A DNA stretch of 60,000 nt from Malacoraja senta (Eukaryota): contig CM075989.1 of NCBI GenBank assembly GCA_038087875.1, positions 10,976,001 to 11,036,000 on the forward strand. The letters are read 5' to 3'. Numbering within the stretch: position 1 is the stretch's first letter; each line of letters begins with the position of its first letter. Positions 37,366 to 51,308 of this stretch are shown one piece after another. The position numbers and the translations under genes were made by a program. The notes beneath the pieces were generated by a model. The model worked only from the letters and a program-made list of their open reading frames with translations. It was not told where the DNA came from and searched no databases.

Positions 37366-39221
37366 GACCATTTGGGTTTCCCTTGTGTACTCTGGTTTCT
37401 TCTTGCATTGCAAAGACATGCAGTTTGCCAGGTTAATTAGTGGTATAAATTACCCGTAATGTGGGAAGATGAAGAAATGTGTGGAGAATGTGATTATTGT
37501 AAATTGGTGCGTGTTAGCCAGTGAGGACTTAATGAGGCAAGGACCTGTTTGTATGACTCAATGAGCATGTCATAGAAGAGCAGGAGAGACCTCCCCACAA
37601 TGCCAGCCAATATGTATCCCTCACTCAGCATCACTGCGAGACGTGCTGAGACACGCACAGAACATCAGCCCAGCCTCTGCCTCCGAACCAGTTCTGCAAT
37701 CTGTCAGCACCATCGCACTCTGCTTCTGAAAGTCACTGAAGCCAACGTATTGAATTTCAGAGGCAGACTTCAAAGTACTGACACAACCTCACAGTGCCCT
37801 TGGTGCTACTGATCATAATTAATTTCTCAGCAACAATCTCCAGCACCTACTTCCCTGCGGAAATCAGAGTGACAGTGAGAGAAAATCTCTCTGGTCTAAT
37901 TAATCTGTCCTATTCAGTGGCTTGAGATGCAGATATTCCCCTCTCATCTACAGCCATAAACTCTCCTGGGAAAGATGGGAAAAAAATTAATTAATTCCGT
38001 GGTCAATTTGCAAATTTAAAAAATCTGGAAATGTGGATGACTGAAGCCAGGTGATTAGCTCCCTGGCATCAGGCATAGTGTCAGGTCGAAGCAACATCTC
38101 CGCATTTGGGAACTGACTTCCTTCTTGATTCACAGCCCGATTCATTTTACATGTCGTGTCTTTCCTGACAATGAAAACAAACTTCAGCAGGGTTAATATT
38201 GTTGTAGTTAGAATAATTCCCAATTCAGACAAGTTCAGGCACGAGTCCTGTTCCTGGCTCACATCACAGGGGATGGGACATGACTGCTGGTGACATGGAG
38301 TACATTTCTTAAGTTTGTTTTCTGTTCAGCCCCTGTGGTGATATGTTACAGGTGCCTAATGGTAAAATAAATTAGTTCCAACAAGCATATTTTCTGGTTC
38401 TTGATGTAAATGGTTGAACAGAAATTCAGAACCAAATGTCAAAACATCCAGACCATGTCTATGGTCCTCCGAGATGTCCTTTAAAATCCATCTCTTTTCC
38501 TTGTGTGTCTTAATTTCAATGTCTTGTCGGACTTTTTACTACAATGATAATACTACCTAAATGCAATCGTGTTGTGCGTCAGCTCAAGACGACATTCAGG
38601 AAAGGGAGCAGGTCACGTGTTGGTCGTGGGAATGCCCCAAAATTGCCATCTTCAACTCTCAAGAAGCTCGACACTATCCAGGACAAAGGACTATGAGCCG
38701 AACCTTGACATTCAATACTATTACAATTGGCAAGTTCCCCATTGACTACATTCTTGGGATCACCATTAGCAAAAAACTCAACTGGACCAGCCACATAAAT
38801 ACTGTGGATGCAACAGTAATTCAAAGGTGGAATATTATTTGACAAGTCTCTCACCTTATCCCAATGCCTTTCCCCCATTGCAATGTGAGGAGTGTGACTG
38901 AATCGTAATCACTGGCCAGGACGAGTGCAGTTCCAACAACTCAAGAAGCTCGACACTATCCAGGACAAAGTTGCCTGCATGATTGGCACTCCATCCGTTG
39001 CCGACTAGGAGCATTTTATAGTGGCCCATTAACCAACCAATCCACATGTCTTTTGGATGTGGGAGGAAACTGGAGCACTTAGGGGAAACCCACGAGGCCA
39101 CAGGAAGAACGTGCAAACTCCACACAGACTGCACCGATGGACAGGGTTGAACCCAAGTCTCTGATGCTCTATGAGCTGCCTTTTAGATATGCAAGAGCTC
39201 GTGCCATTAGATACAGAGCAA

Positions 39222-39426
39222 GAAAACGCTGGAGTAACTCAGCGGGACAGGCAGCATCTCTGGAGAGAAGGAGTGGCACTGGGTGACGTTTCTTCAGACA
39301 GAAGAAGGGTCTCGACCCAAGACGTCACCAATTCCTTCTCTCCAGAGATGCTGCCTGTCCCGCTGAGTTACTCCAGCATTTTATATCTATAATAAGTTTA
39401 AACCAGCCTCTGCAGTTACTTCCTAC
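39222..39426. mobile_element. Palindromic Penelope-derived element, subfamily B
   Basis: Arms gctggagtaactcagcgggacaggcagcatctctggagagaagga and its reverse complement; short TSD CAAGAAA. Other copies near 13800, 15000, 16697, 23008, 26594, 35446, 43525, 43910, 49394 and 54255. Confidence 0.8.
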
Positions 39427-42400
39427 ACAAGAAATTCAGATGGGTATCTGAAACATGAACTGAAAATGTTAAAATGTTGAACCGGTCAGGCAGCGTGTGT
39501 GGAGAGAGGAACATAGTTAATATTTTAGGTGAATGACCCTGCATCAGAAGTGCAAAGGGGTTTTAAGTAGCAGAGAGAACAGAGGGAATGACTGCATCCA
39601 TGCATTAATTCTGTGTTTTTTGACAGGTGATGCTTGACTGCAGACTGTTCCAGCATTTTTTCTTTGTAAGTTCATTGAAATATACTGTATGCATTCACTT
39701 CTGGCAGTCAAGCCCAAATTATTTAATTGAATTGTCAATAATCAATTCAGATGTTCAACGAAATGAATAAATGGCAGCTAACAGATGAAGAGAAATTCAC
39801 CTCATGGTGTGTTTTACATTTTCGTTTGCACACTTCCTTAACTCTACACGCATCAATGCTCCAAGTTGAAAGTGAGATGACGAGCGTTTTGGCATACCTT
39901 GAATTATTCCGATACTCAGACGAATAAAGATCTCATTCATCACCTACCCACCCTCTGACTAAAGAAATTCCTCCTCATCTCCTTCCCGAAGAAACGTCCT
40001 TTAATTCTGAGGCTATGACCTCTAGTCCTGGACTCTCCCACTCATGGAAACATCCTCTCCACATCCACTCTATCCAAGCTTTTCACTACTCGGTAAGTTT
40101 CATTCTTGTAAACGCCAGCGAATACAGGCCCAGTACCGTCAAACGCTCATATATCTCCCATATCCTAATGACAGCAGATTGCTAGGCTAATTGACCACTA
40201 AATAATTGTCCCTCATGTGTAGGTGAGTGGTAGAATCGTACAGTGGGGAGGGAGGGCTGGATTGATGAGAATGTGAGAGAACAAAATGGGATTAATGTAA
40301 GTGGATATTTGATGGTTCATTAGTGTTTACATTTTACATGGTTACGGCTCTAAGCCTTGGTGAAGCTGCATTGCATCTTGTAGAACGTACCAATGAGCCA
40401 TAGTCAAAGGAGTTACATTTAAAGTGCTGAATGGGAAACCAATACAAAATGTTGCTTCAGCATGGATCAGGACAAGCTGCTTGTGCGCTAGGAAAGTTGA
40501 ACGAACAACAATACAACACAGGAACAGGCCTTTCAGCTCACCATGTGTGGTGATGCCAATTTAAACTGAACTTATCTGCCTGCACATGGTTTATATCCCT
40601 CCATTCCCTGCAGCTCCTATTCCTATGCCTATCTAAATAAGACCATAAGACAGGAGCGGAATTAGGCCATTCGGCCCATCGTGCCTGCTATCATGGCTGA
40701 TCTATTTCTCCTCTCCTTCTCCCCATAAGGCCTCCTTAAGGTTGTTACTGCAGTGTTGGAGTGACCCATACCCAGGCAACGAGAGAGAATACTGTCACAT
40801 GAGTAGTGGATTGTCTTTGCCGAGTCAGGAGGTGAGTTGCTGCCGAGCCTGTGATCTGCCGCAGCCTATGAAGCTTTTATGAAGCTGCTACAATTAGGTG
40901 TCCTGTCAGTGGTGAATCTGAGCATATTAATGGTGGGAGATTTGCTGATGAGAATGGCAATGAACGTCAAGGGGTGGCGATTGACTATTGTGTTTTTTTT
41001 AACCCAACAAAGCACAAGGCAATTAACTTTGGAACCACCCAGTCCGTTTATTGCCTTCTTGTTGTACAATGCTGCACTCCAACCCTCTCCATCTCTGTGG
41101 CCTTCATTGTTACCCAGTGCACTGAATACTGCAATTTGTTATGTGCCTTTGTGCATTATGTCAATCAAAACTGAATGCTAAACACCACTGAATTGTGCAA
41201 AGCTCTTTAAACAAAGCCCTTCTCCTCAGTATATCTTAATTCCCTCACAAAATTACACATCCTCCACTGAGACTGTGACTCATTAATAAATATTCTGGAC
41301 AGCCGAGGCTGTACAACCCTTCCCATTGGGATTCCATCAGTCACTGCAGCCCAATTTAAATAACCCTTTAATGATTGCTCTCTGCCTCTTCGTGTCAAAG
41401 CAATTCCCTGTCCAATTTAGCATTTCATCAATGATTCATGAACATTCACCTTTGTTGCATGTCTTTCACACAAGTCTCTGTCAGATATCTGAAGGTCGGC
41501 ATACATTATCAACTAAGTTTATTTTGATAGCTTACTGATGAAGTAGCTGTTAGTGTTGAGCAAAAAAACAAATTGCTGGAGGAACTCAGCAAGTCAGGCA
41601 ACATCCGTGAAGGGAAATGGACAGATAATGTTTTGGGTCAGGACCCTTCAGACTGAAGAACGTTTCATGTTACGGCGCCATAGTGAAATCTCCGCAAAGT
41701 ATGGCCACTTTGAATAAGTTGTCCTCACTCTGACGGGAGTTATGCGAGACCCTCTCTCACAATCCACCTCCCGTCCCAATCCCCCCATCTGTGATCCCTG
41801 CTGCTCTGCCGTCATGTTCTCACTCAGACTCGTTACCACAGCTACTTGTCCTTCCTTGTAAGCCTGTAGAAGGGACCTGACCCAAAACATAAATTGTCCT
41901 TCCCCCTTCACAGTTGCTTTTGACCCACTAAGTTCCTCCAGCAGTTTGTGTTTTGCTCAGGATTCCAGCATCTGCAGTCCCTTGAGGCTATGAGTACATC
42001 GCTTCCCTTTCATTAACTATTACTTTAAAAAACAGAAGCCAAACTAAAATGCTGGGAGTAAATTGCAGGTTGAAGTCATTGCAGAGGTTGTGAAAGGCCA
42101 GAAACAGTGATGATCTAATCATCCTATCTGCAGTGATGATCTGATCATCCAACATTGGCACCTTGCCTTCATGAGACAAGCTGGGATTTCAACTCATTTC
42201 TCTGGATCAGTGCCCAGACCTAAAGAGAGTCAAGAGTGCACTATTGTCATTGGTCCCGAAATGGAACAATTAAACCCTTACTTGCAGGAGCACAACAGAT
42301 ATGCAAACATAGTACTAAGTAGACACTGCAATCAATAAGAAAAATACTTTCAATATATAAAAACACACAAAAAAGTGTAAAGACAAAAAGAAAGCCCAAA

Positions 42401-42869
42401 GCTCAAAGGAGCAAAGAATAAAACACAAAGCATCTCAAACCTTACCCACAAATATTTTTATAGACAGTGCTTGGATTCAACAATTTAAATTAAGTCAATT
42501 TTTAATTAAGACAAGGCGGGCTGTTTTGTCTGTGAACTCACCCAAAAAAAAAGCACGTTCAGAGGCTTGGGAAAATACACTGGTTTAGTATACACACTGG
42601 TGGCAGGTGCCGCTACACTGGACTGGATCACCAAGTGAGACTGAGGTGGACGTGTTGTTGGATAAAGACCTCTGCTGAGAATGATTACCAAAAATCAATT
42701 AATGTATCAGCAAAAAACACTGGTACAAACAAGTTGTTTCCCTGAAGGGCAGTTGCTCTGTTCCATGTAATGATTGAAAGTACTGCACTGAATGTGCCCA
42801 GTCACCCGAGATTTTTGATTACGATTTCACCAAAATGTCAGATTGCACGTCTGAACTCCAGTAGTTGAG

Positions 42870-43330
42870 GAGCAGAGATCTCCTGCAGCTAAATATTGGG
42901 AAGCGGCGTCTCCATCACAAGCCCTGGTTCACAGCCATGACCGAGGAACAGCTGGATGTGGAGGCCGCAGGTGTGGAAGGTCAGGCTAAGAGGATCCCTG
43001 TCATGGTTCTGGGAGGGAGGATGCCAGGAGGAGACTTGCGAGAAATGGAATGAATGGATTGAGGCTCCTGGTGGAGAAGAATCCTCAGCGGAGGAGAAAC
43101 ACACTTTGGAAGCACGTGTGAAAAGTGGGGATATCGGCTCGGATTTCACAATCTAGTTGCAACATCGACATATCAAGTTGGGAGAATGGAACTTAGCCAT
43201 TACCGAGAATGGGGAGGGGGGGGGGAGCATAATCAAGGGAGATGGTGGGCTGATAATGCATGTGGCAGCTTGACTATCCAAGGAAATCTAGATAGCAGAA
43301 GGGGAAAAGAATCAGACCAGGTGCAGGTGA
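42870..43330 (-). mobile_element. Old Penelope-like ORF remnant
   Basis: DRDPLSLTFHTCGLHIQ resembles NRVPLVLTFHPISHRIQ of the element at 10427-13310. Confidence 0.5.
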
Positions 43331-45599
43331 TGGAGGGGAGGATTCATGATTTAACTTCAGGGTGAGAACAGGAAGTCCATCTTATATATTCACCATGAAC
43401 TGGGGAAAGAGAAGGTGAAGGAGCATTAAGCAGAACCGAAAAAAAAATAATTTACGCATATCCACACTGACCAATTTCCATTGTGGAAGAAGTGAGTAAA
43501 CTTAAAAATAGTTTTTCTGCTTCAGAAGGCATAGGTGATGTTTTGGGTCGAGACCCTTCTTCAGACTCTGGTTTCGACCCGAAATGTCACCCATTCCTTC
43601 TCTCCAGAAATGCTGCCTGTCCTGCTGAGTTACTCCAGCATTTTGTGCCCTGCTTGTGCCAAGATCCTGAAGCTCTGTGTTAGGTCAGGAGCAGGACAAT
43701 CAGCCTGTTAAGTTAGAACCCCATTACCTACCTTTCCTCTACACCTTATTATTGTCACCTGAACTGAGAGACAGTGAAAGGCTTTGTTTAGCCTGCTATC
43801 TAGATAGATCACACCACACATGAGTAAAATCAAATCATACCCGTGCAATAGGCAGCACAAAAAAGGAAAGAGTGCAGTGTTTTGATGCTACTCAACATAA
43901 TACAATCCAAGACACAAAGCGATAGAGTTACTCAGTAGATCAGGCAGCATTCATGAGGAACATGGATATGTGATGTTTTGGATCGAGACCCTTCTTCAGA
44001 CTTTAGCTCTACATCTCTACAACCTTTTGAATGAAAAGTTGCTTCCTCATGCCTCTTCTGAATGGTACTTTTAAGTTATTACGGTTTCCCAATCAGTTTT
44101 CCTACTTCTACCTTCTCAAATCCTTTGAACGTTTTCAGCATCTAAATGGGATAAAGGGATTAGAAGAGCACAAGCTACGTTGATCAAATCTATCCTCATA
44201 GTTCACTCTCCAAGCCAGGGTATCGGGTGTATCTGTGGAGTAATCTCTCCGTGATGTTCTTCTGAAGGAAACACGGGGCAGTTTCCTTCATTGTGGCTTC
44301 TAAAACATTAAAAACATTTCAAGGTACTTTGAAGAAACTATTTTAAACAAAACTTGACACTGAGCCGAGAGATAGAGGAGGTGACCGAAAATATGTTTAA
44401 AAATGTAAATTTTAAGGAAGGAGTGTAGAGAGGATTAAGTTGCTGAGCTTGGAGATTTGACACTCTAGGCACAAGCGAAAGGTGGAACGTGGGAGATCGT
44501 AGTAGTCCAGATGAAAATTTATAAAACATTTAAATCCGATAAAAAAGGATTTAGAAAATATAAATGTATCGCTAAATGATAATTTTGTAGCACAAAGTAG
44601 CATCATCAGTGCATTTTACAGCCGTCTTCAATGAGCATTCTCTGCAAAGTGATTGAGACGCTAACTGTTTATTTAGTAGCTTTGGAACCTCAGGACTTCC
44701 CAAAATCCTGTATGCTCAATGAAATACAACTTGAAGTGCAGACAATTGTTGTAAGAAACCTGGCCTCCAATTGACACAAAGCCAGTTGCCACTATCAGGA
44801 AAGTGACAGTGACCAGTGATGTGACCTTTCTAATGATGGTGATTGAGGGAGACATTGACCAGGCCCCAGGGAACACTGTGCTGCTGTCCAAAATAGTGCC
44901 ACAGAGACCCTGGTGGAAAGTCTCAGCAGAGTGAAGACGCCTCCAAAGGCGGCATTCCTTCAGTTGTACGTCATAAGATTTTCATGTGAGGAATGATGGA
45001 GGAGTAACAGGAGAGCTGTTCATGTCTGCACAGTGGGTTTGTCATCACAGGAGTAAAATAGGGAAACATGGGAGTGTGTTTGAAGTGTCAAATCCTGTTC
45101 ATGTTTATTGGATCAGAGCTCGGATTTGTCTCGTCAGATCATGTGATGATCTGTTTAATGTTAGGGAGATTGATTTCATGTCAGCGGAGTATAATTATAG
45201 TCAGTTTCCTTATCTTCACTGAAATAACCTTAACCAATTTTTTCAATACTGATGTATGTACATTTTTTAAAAATCCAGTAATGTTTTTGATGTCAAATTG
45301 AAACTTAGTTACTGCACAGCGGATTTGACTCCTACATCAGGATGGAATGGTCAAGTAATTGTACCCATGTGGCAGTCGAAATTGAAGTACCAGTAATTAA
45401 GTGTCACACTTATCTGAATAGGAGCCTCCAAGATGCTTTAGATAATTATCCCACTGTCAAAACGCATCTGAATCGAGACACGATGTGAGATGCAGGAGGC
45501 AGCTCGAAGTGGAGTGGGGCTGGAGAGATGTCGCAGGAAATGAGACATGGCACAACAGCAAATAAAGCATTGTATGTAGTTGTGGGTGGCACAGGGCAA

Positions 45600-46107
45600 T
45601 GATCTCCCTACCTGATCTCCGGTTGTTAAACACTTTAATTCTCCTTCTCATTCCCACATAGACCTTTCTGTCCTAGGTCTCCTCCATTGTCAGAGTGAGG
45701 CTAAACACAAATTGGAAGAATAGCATCTCATATTTCGCTTGAGCAACATACAGCCCTCAACGTATGAACAGGCATGAACATTGACTTCTCTAAAGTAACT
45801 CCGGCATTCGCTCTCTCACCATCCCTCCACGCAAGTCGCACTAGCTTCTCATTTTCACCCAACAAACAGCTAACCATGGCCTATTTCCTTTATCATTGTT
45901 ACTTTTTGCAAATCTTTAATTCGTTGTTCTATATCTCTCTACATCATCGTCCATGACCCTTTCCCGTGACCTTCAGTCTGAAGAAGGGTCTCAACCCGAA
46001 ACGTCACCCATTCCTTCTCTCCAGAGATGCTGCCTGTCCTGCTGAGTTACTCCAGCATTTAGTGTTTATCTTCGGTGTAAACCAGCATCTACAGTTCCTT
46101 CCTACAC
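45600..46107 (+). mobile_element. 5'-truncated Penelope-like element (endonuclease end plus 3' tail with intact hammerhead core)
   Basis: Colinear with about 12830-13310; GTCTGAAGAAGGGTCTCAACCCGAAACGTCACCC near 45977. Confidence 0.85.
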
Positions 46108-49100
46108 TGTAAGCAGGAATTCTGTGTACGGTGATATGTAAATGATGCATTCAAATTAAAACCTGGAGGATGCACAGAGAAAATAAATTGATCACCATTC
46201 CCTACTTGCTGATGTGTGGATGATGCCAAACAGCTTATCTGTTGCCACAATGAATTATACGACAGTTCCCATAATCAATTAGACTCGCAATTTATTTCCA
46301 ATCAGCATCCTCAATTAACATTGCTTCTAATAGCCTAAATTCTCAAGATTCAGTATTATTTACAATCACAGAGAATTATATGAGTTTAATATGCTAATTT
46401 GCTTACACAAATTGCATGTAATTAGTGTAAGTGATTAAAACGTTTCCCTTTTTGCCTGGTAAATAAGCTCTCCATGTTTAATGAAGACGGGATTTGTCTC
46501 TTAAACTGTTAATTGAAGTAATAATTCTATGGCCAATCATAATTCTCGCTTTCAAAAGCAAAATATTGTCAATGCTGGATATCTGAAATAAAACCAGAAA
46601 ATCTTATAAATACCCACCAGTCAGGCAGCACCAGGAGAAATAGTTCACATTTCAGCTCAATTACCTTGCTGTTAGTTTTGGTTTATTATTTTCAACTTGT
46701 GTGTGCTATCCAATTAAATCTTACTATGAGTATAATTGAGCCATACACAATAGGTAGTGCAAAGAGAAAAGCAGAATAGAATGTTACAGCTTTTTAGTGT
46801 TATTGTTACAGAAACTGACCTTCCATCTAAAGTTACAGTGGATATGGAGCAAATTTTAGTTGCAGACGAAGGAGGGAGGGACAAAATGAGAAGGGAGGGA
46901 TAGAGGGAATAAATGGGAATGGACAGAGGGAATAAATGCAAAGGTCTATGCGAGCTGGAGGATAGTGGTGCCTAGGTGACACAAGTGCTTATGATGCTGT
47001 CAGAGAGAAGGTGTGACCGAAGGAGCAGGAATAGATTACCTAAATCTGAAATTATCAGAAAAGCAGAGAAACATATTCTCCCTTATTTTCTCTCTCCCCG
47101 ACACCCATTCCTTCTATTCTCCCTGCTCCTTCTTTCTTTCCATGCAGTTAAAACCCGTTTCATTTCCTACTTCTGTTTTTATTTAAAACTTTTTTGGGAT
47201 CTCAATTTAAAAGCATATTATTGGTTTAGGGGTGGTGCAATGAAGGTTTACTGGGTTTCAAAATTAAAATGTTTTATAAATGAATACAAATACAATTTCA
47301 AGAACTGCATGCACAATGTGGTATGAATTGTTTGCAACATTGCTGTGCCAGCCACTGGTGTTCAATGAGGGCTAACTACCTTCACTAAAGGGGAGGGGAA
47401 TTTGTAGGTCGGGCAGCATTTGTGGATGAAATGGACAAATGGTCAGCAGCCTTCTCAGACTGAAACATCATCTGTCCATTTCCCTCCACAGGTGCTGCCG
47501 GACCTGCTGAGTTTCTCCAGCGTTTTATTTTTCAGATTCCAGCATCTGCAGTCTTTTGTCTCTTCAATAAAGGATGTGTTGTTGATATATCTACATGTTA
47601 CTTACCTTTGTGAACACAATACAAATGATCAAATGGATACTACAAGACCGGTCCATTGGGAGAATGGCAATGCTCCCTGCAGCTTGGGAGATGATCTCGT
47701 TAAAATATATAAATCTCTGAGCAGAATTTATAGGATAAATGATGAAACTCTGTTCCCCCTATTGGAGAATCTCAAATTAGGGGGCCATTGAATCGCCAAA
47801 TCTTCCCCGTGGGGAAAGAAGCCATTCGCCCCCACCCCTCTGTCCATACCAGCTCACGCAACAGCAATCCCACTAGTCACACATGCTGCCCTCTCCCAAA
47901 TGTCCTGCAAATAATTTCCTTTCAGCTCATCCAGCTACCTTCTCAACACTGTTTGAATATGCCATCACTGCATCCTTCCAACCCCAACCCCCCGGTATTT
48001 TCCAGACCCCATCATCTATGGAAAGAATGTTTCCCTCGTGTCACGTGTAGTTCCGTTGTTGAAATAAAGGATTGGTCCATCCAGGATTGAGGAGAAACTT
48101 CATTCAGAGGGTGGTGAAGCTTTGGAATTCTCCACAAAACTGAATTGACACAAAACTGAATTTGCAAGCGTGACGCCCTTCAGAGTAAATGATTGATGGA
48201 CTGCAAACATGACAGGGACAGAGAGTTACTCCACTACTAGGTCTGCTAAATATATCACAGAAGCTGGATAGGCCAGGGCCATTTTACCTGGAGCAAAGGC
48301 AGCTGAGTGGTGACATTAAAGAGGTTTGTAAAACTCTAAGATGGACTCATGTTCTTTTTTGAAGCGTCAGGTGTTGGTATAAGCTGAGAGAGGAACGATT
48401 TAAGAGGACCCGAGGGATGTTTTTCACTCAGTGGGTAGAGGATATATTGAACAAACTGTCAGAGGAGGTGGTACAGGCGAGTACAATTACCGTATATTTA
48501 AAAGACATTTGGACAGCTACATGGATAGCAATGGAACTCAATCTCCTGCCTCCCAATGTCTGCACACCCTCATAGCCGACTTGCTGGTCAATATGTTCAT
48601 GACCTCAGACCTTCTCCATACTGTTCAACCTATTCTGTCATTTAATAAGAGCGCAGCCAATCTGATTGTAACCTCAATTCCACATTTGCCATCTAACCCA
48701 CTTGCTTATCAAAAATCTCTAACTTTAATCAAAGATTCTGCATCTATTGCCTTTTTTTTTTTTAAAGGAAGTTTCAAAGGCTAATGATCCCCAAAAAAAT
48801 AAATCATCCCATCTTTACCCTAAATGGGAGAACTTGGTTTATAAATAGTGACCTGTTATTTCTGGATTCTACAAGAGGAAACATTCTCCCTGCACCCACC
48901 CTGTCAAGACACCTCATCTATGTTTAAATCATGTCCCTTTTTGCGCTGCTATACGCACAGCAGATACCAGCCCAGCCCAAATTAACTCTCTTTAGGGAAA
49001 AATAAGTGTGCGGTATTAATTTAAATTCTTAACACCATCGGTTGAGAGAATCCTATTTTAGGGTTAATATCACATTCAACAGTGCAATGGCTCGTGCCTG

Positions 49101-50186
49101 CGCTCCAATGATACATGCTATGATCGCATTTGTAGTGTTCAGGGCAAGTCCGAGTACTTATTGTGTGATCTGCTGCCCCCTGCATGTTTAAGTTGATGCC
49201 CGAGGCATCTTTCCCCACTGACAAGGTGAAGAGGACGTTCTGTGGAAGAGCACCTATATGTCGAGGAAGCTGGCTTACACATTACCACCTGGAGTTAAGA
49301 TTACAATCACTTCGGGGTTTGCAAAAATTTACAGAACACTTGCTACTTCTTGTGAGAAGGTAGCATGCAATGTCATAGATAAGGTGTGATGAAGTGTAGG
49401 AAGGAACTGCAGATGCTGGTTTAAACCAAAGATAGACACAAAATACTGTAACTCAGCGGGCCAAGCGTGGCGTTTCTGAGACGTCATCCATTCCTTCTCT
49501 CCAGAGATGCTTGCCTGTCCCCCTGAGTTACTCACAGTATTTTGTGTCTATCTCAGGTCTGATGAAGACAGCTTCAGGCTGATGTGTCTCGTTAAAGCTC
49601 TACTTCAATGCTGTGATTCCTCCAGGATATACATCACCTACACCCTCTGTATACCCTACAGCATCACAAGCTTTTCCATCTCCAATAGATTTACAAAGGA
49701 TTGGACGTGTAATAAAAAGACTAATTGATCCAGTTTGCTCTCCACCACGCAGGAAGTTACCTGTCGTCAGTTCGTTGGGATTAAGGGGACTGGCTTCTGC
49801 TCAGGTGCCATGAGTGCCGAGGGAACAACACAATCATGCCGAAATATCACCAACTCCTTTTCTCCAGAGATGATGTCTGACCCACGGAGTCACTCCAGCT
49901 TTGTGTCCATCCCTTGGAGTTTGCCCGGTTGAGCTCTGCTTTATTTCAAAAGGAAGTTTGTTTCTCAGCTGAAGATATTAATAAAACAATGTCCCTTTTG
50001 GGACCGCGATGGCACCAGTCGCTCAGGCTGATGAACACTTCTACTCTTCTGCTTTCAGGGTTCAATCAATTAGCCAATTAAGAATCAATGAGTCAACAAC
50101 AGACAGCCCAGTGAACTAAAATCACTGATAAAATTAGTTAGCAGTCTGCAAGATTTTGATAACTTGCTATTTTATAAAAGATTTAA

Positions 50187-51308
50187 GATCATAAGTGATA
50201 GAAGAAGAATTAGGCCTTTCGGACCATCAAGTCTACTCTGCCATTCAATCATGGCTGATCTATCTCCCCCTCCTAACCCCATTCTCCTGCCTTCTCCCCA
50301 TAACCTCTGACACCTGTACTAATCAAGAATCAACCTCTGCCTTAAAAATATCCAGACTTTGCCTCCACAGCTTTCTGTGGCAAAGAATTCCAGATTCACC
50401 ACCCTCTGACTGAAGAAAGTTCTCCTAATCTTCTTTAATTCTGAGGCTATGACCTCTAGTCCTAGACTCCAACTAGTGGAAACATCCTCCCCACATCCAC
50501 TCTATCCAAGCCTTTCACTATTCTGCATGTTTCAATTAGGTCCCCCCTCATTCTTCTAAACTCAAATGAGTATGGGCCCAGTGCCAACAAATGCTCATCG
50601 TAGGTTAACCTACTCATTCCTGGGATCATTCTTGTAAACCTCCTCTGGACCCTCTCCAGAGCCACCACATCATTCCTCAGATATTGTGCCCAAAATTGCT
50701 CACAATATTCCAAATGCAGCCTTATCAGCACCTTAGAGCCTCAGCATTACATCCGTATTTGTATACAAGCCCTCTTGAAATAAATGCCAGCATTGAGTTT
50801 GCTTTCTTTACAACTGTTTCGACTTGCAGATTAACTTTTTTGGAACCAGCACTCCCAAGACCCTTTCCATCTCCGATTTCTGGATTATCTCCCATCTAGA
50901 AAATAGTCTATGCCTTTATTCCTACTGCCAAAATGCATGACACTTTGCTACAAATTGTATATTCCATCTCACACTTCTCTGCCCACTTTCCTAACCTGTC
51001 CAAGTTCTTCTGCAGAGTCCCTGCTTCCTCTACAATACCTGCCCTTCCACCTATTTTCATATCATCCACAAACTTGGCCACCAAACATTCAATCCCCTTG
51101 CCAAATCATTAATATACGTGAAGAGTAGCATCCCCGGCACCAACCACTGCAGAACTCTGCCAGCAGCGACAGCCAACCAGAAAAGGCCCCCTTTATTGCC
51201 ACTCTTGTCTTCTGCCATCCAGCCAACCTGCTATCCATACTAGTATCTGCCCTTTGATACTGTGGGCTCTCATCTTCCTTAGCAGCCTCAAATGTGGCAC
51301 CTTATCAA
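50187..51308 (-). mobile_element. Degenerate CR1 LINE 3' portion
   Basis: ORF 50462-50731 contains HLEYCEQFW..ALERVQRRFTRMIPG. Confidence 0.85.
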
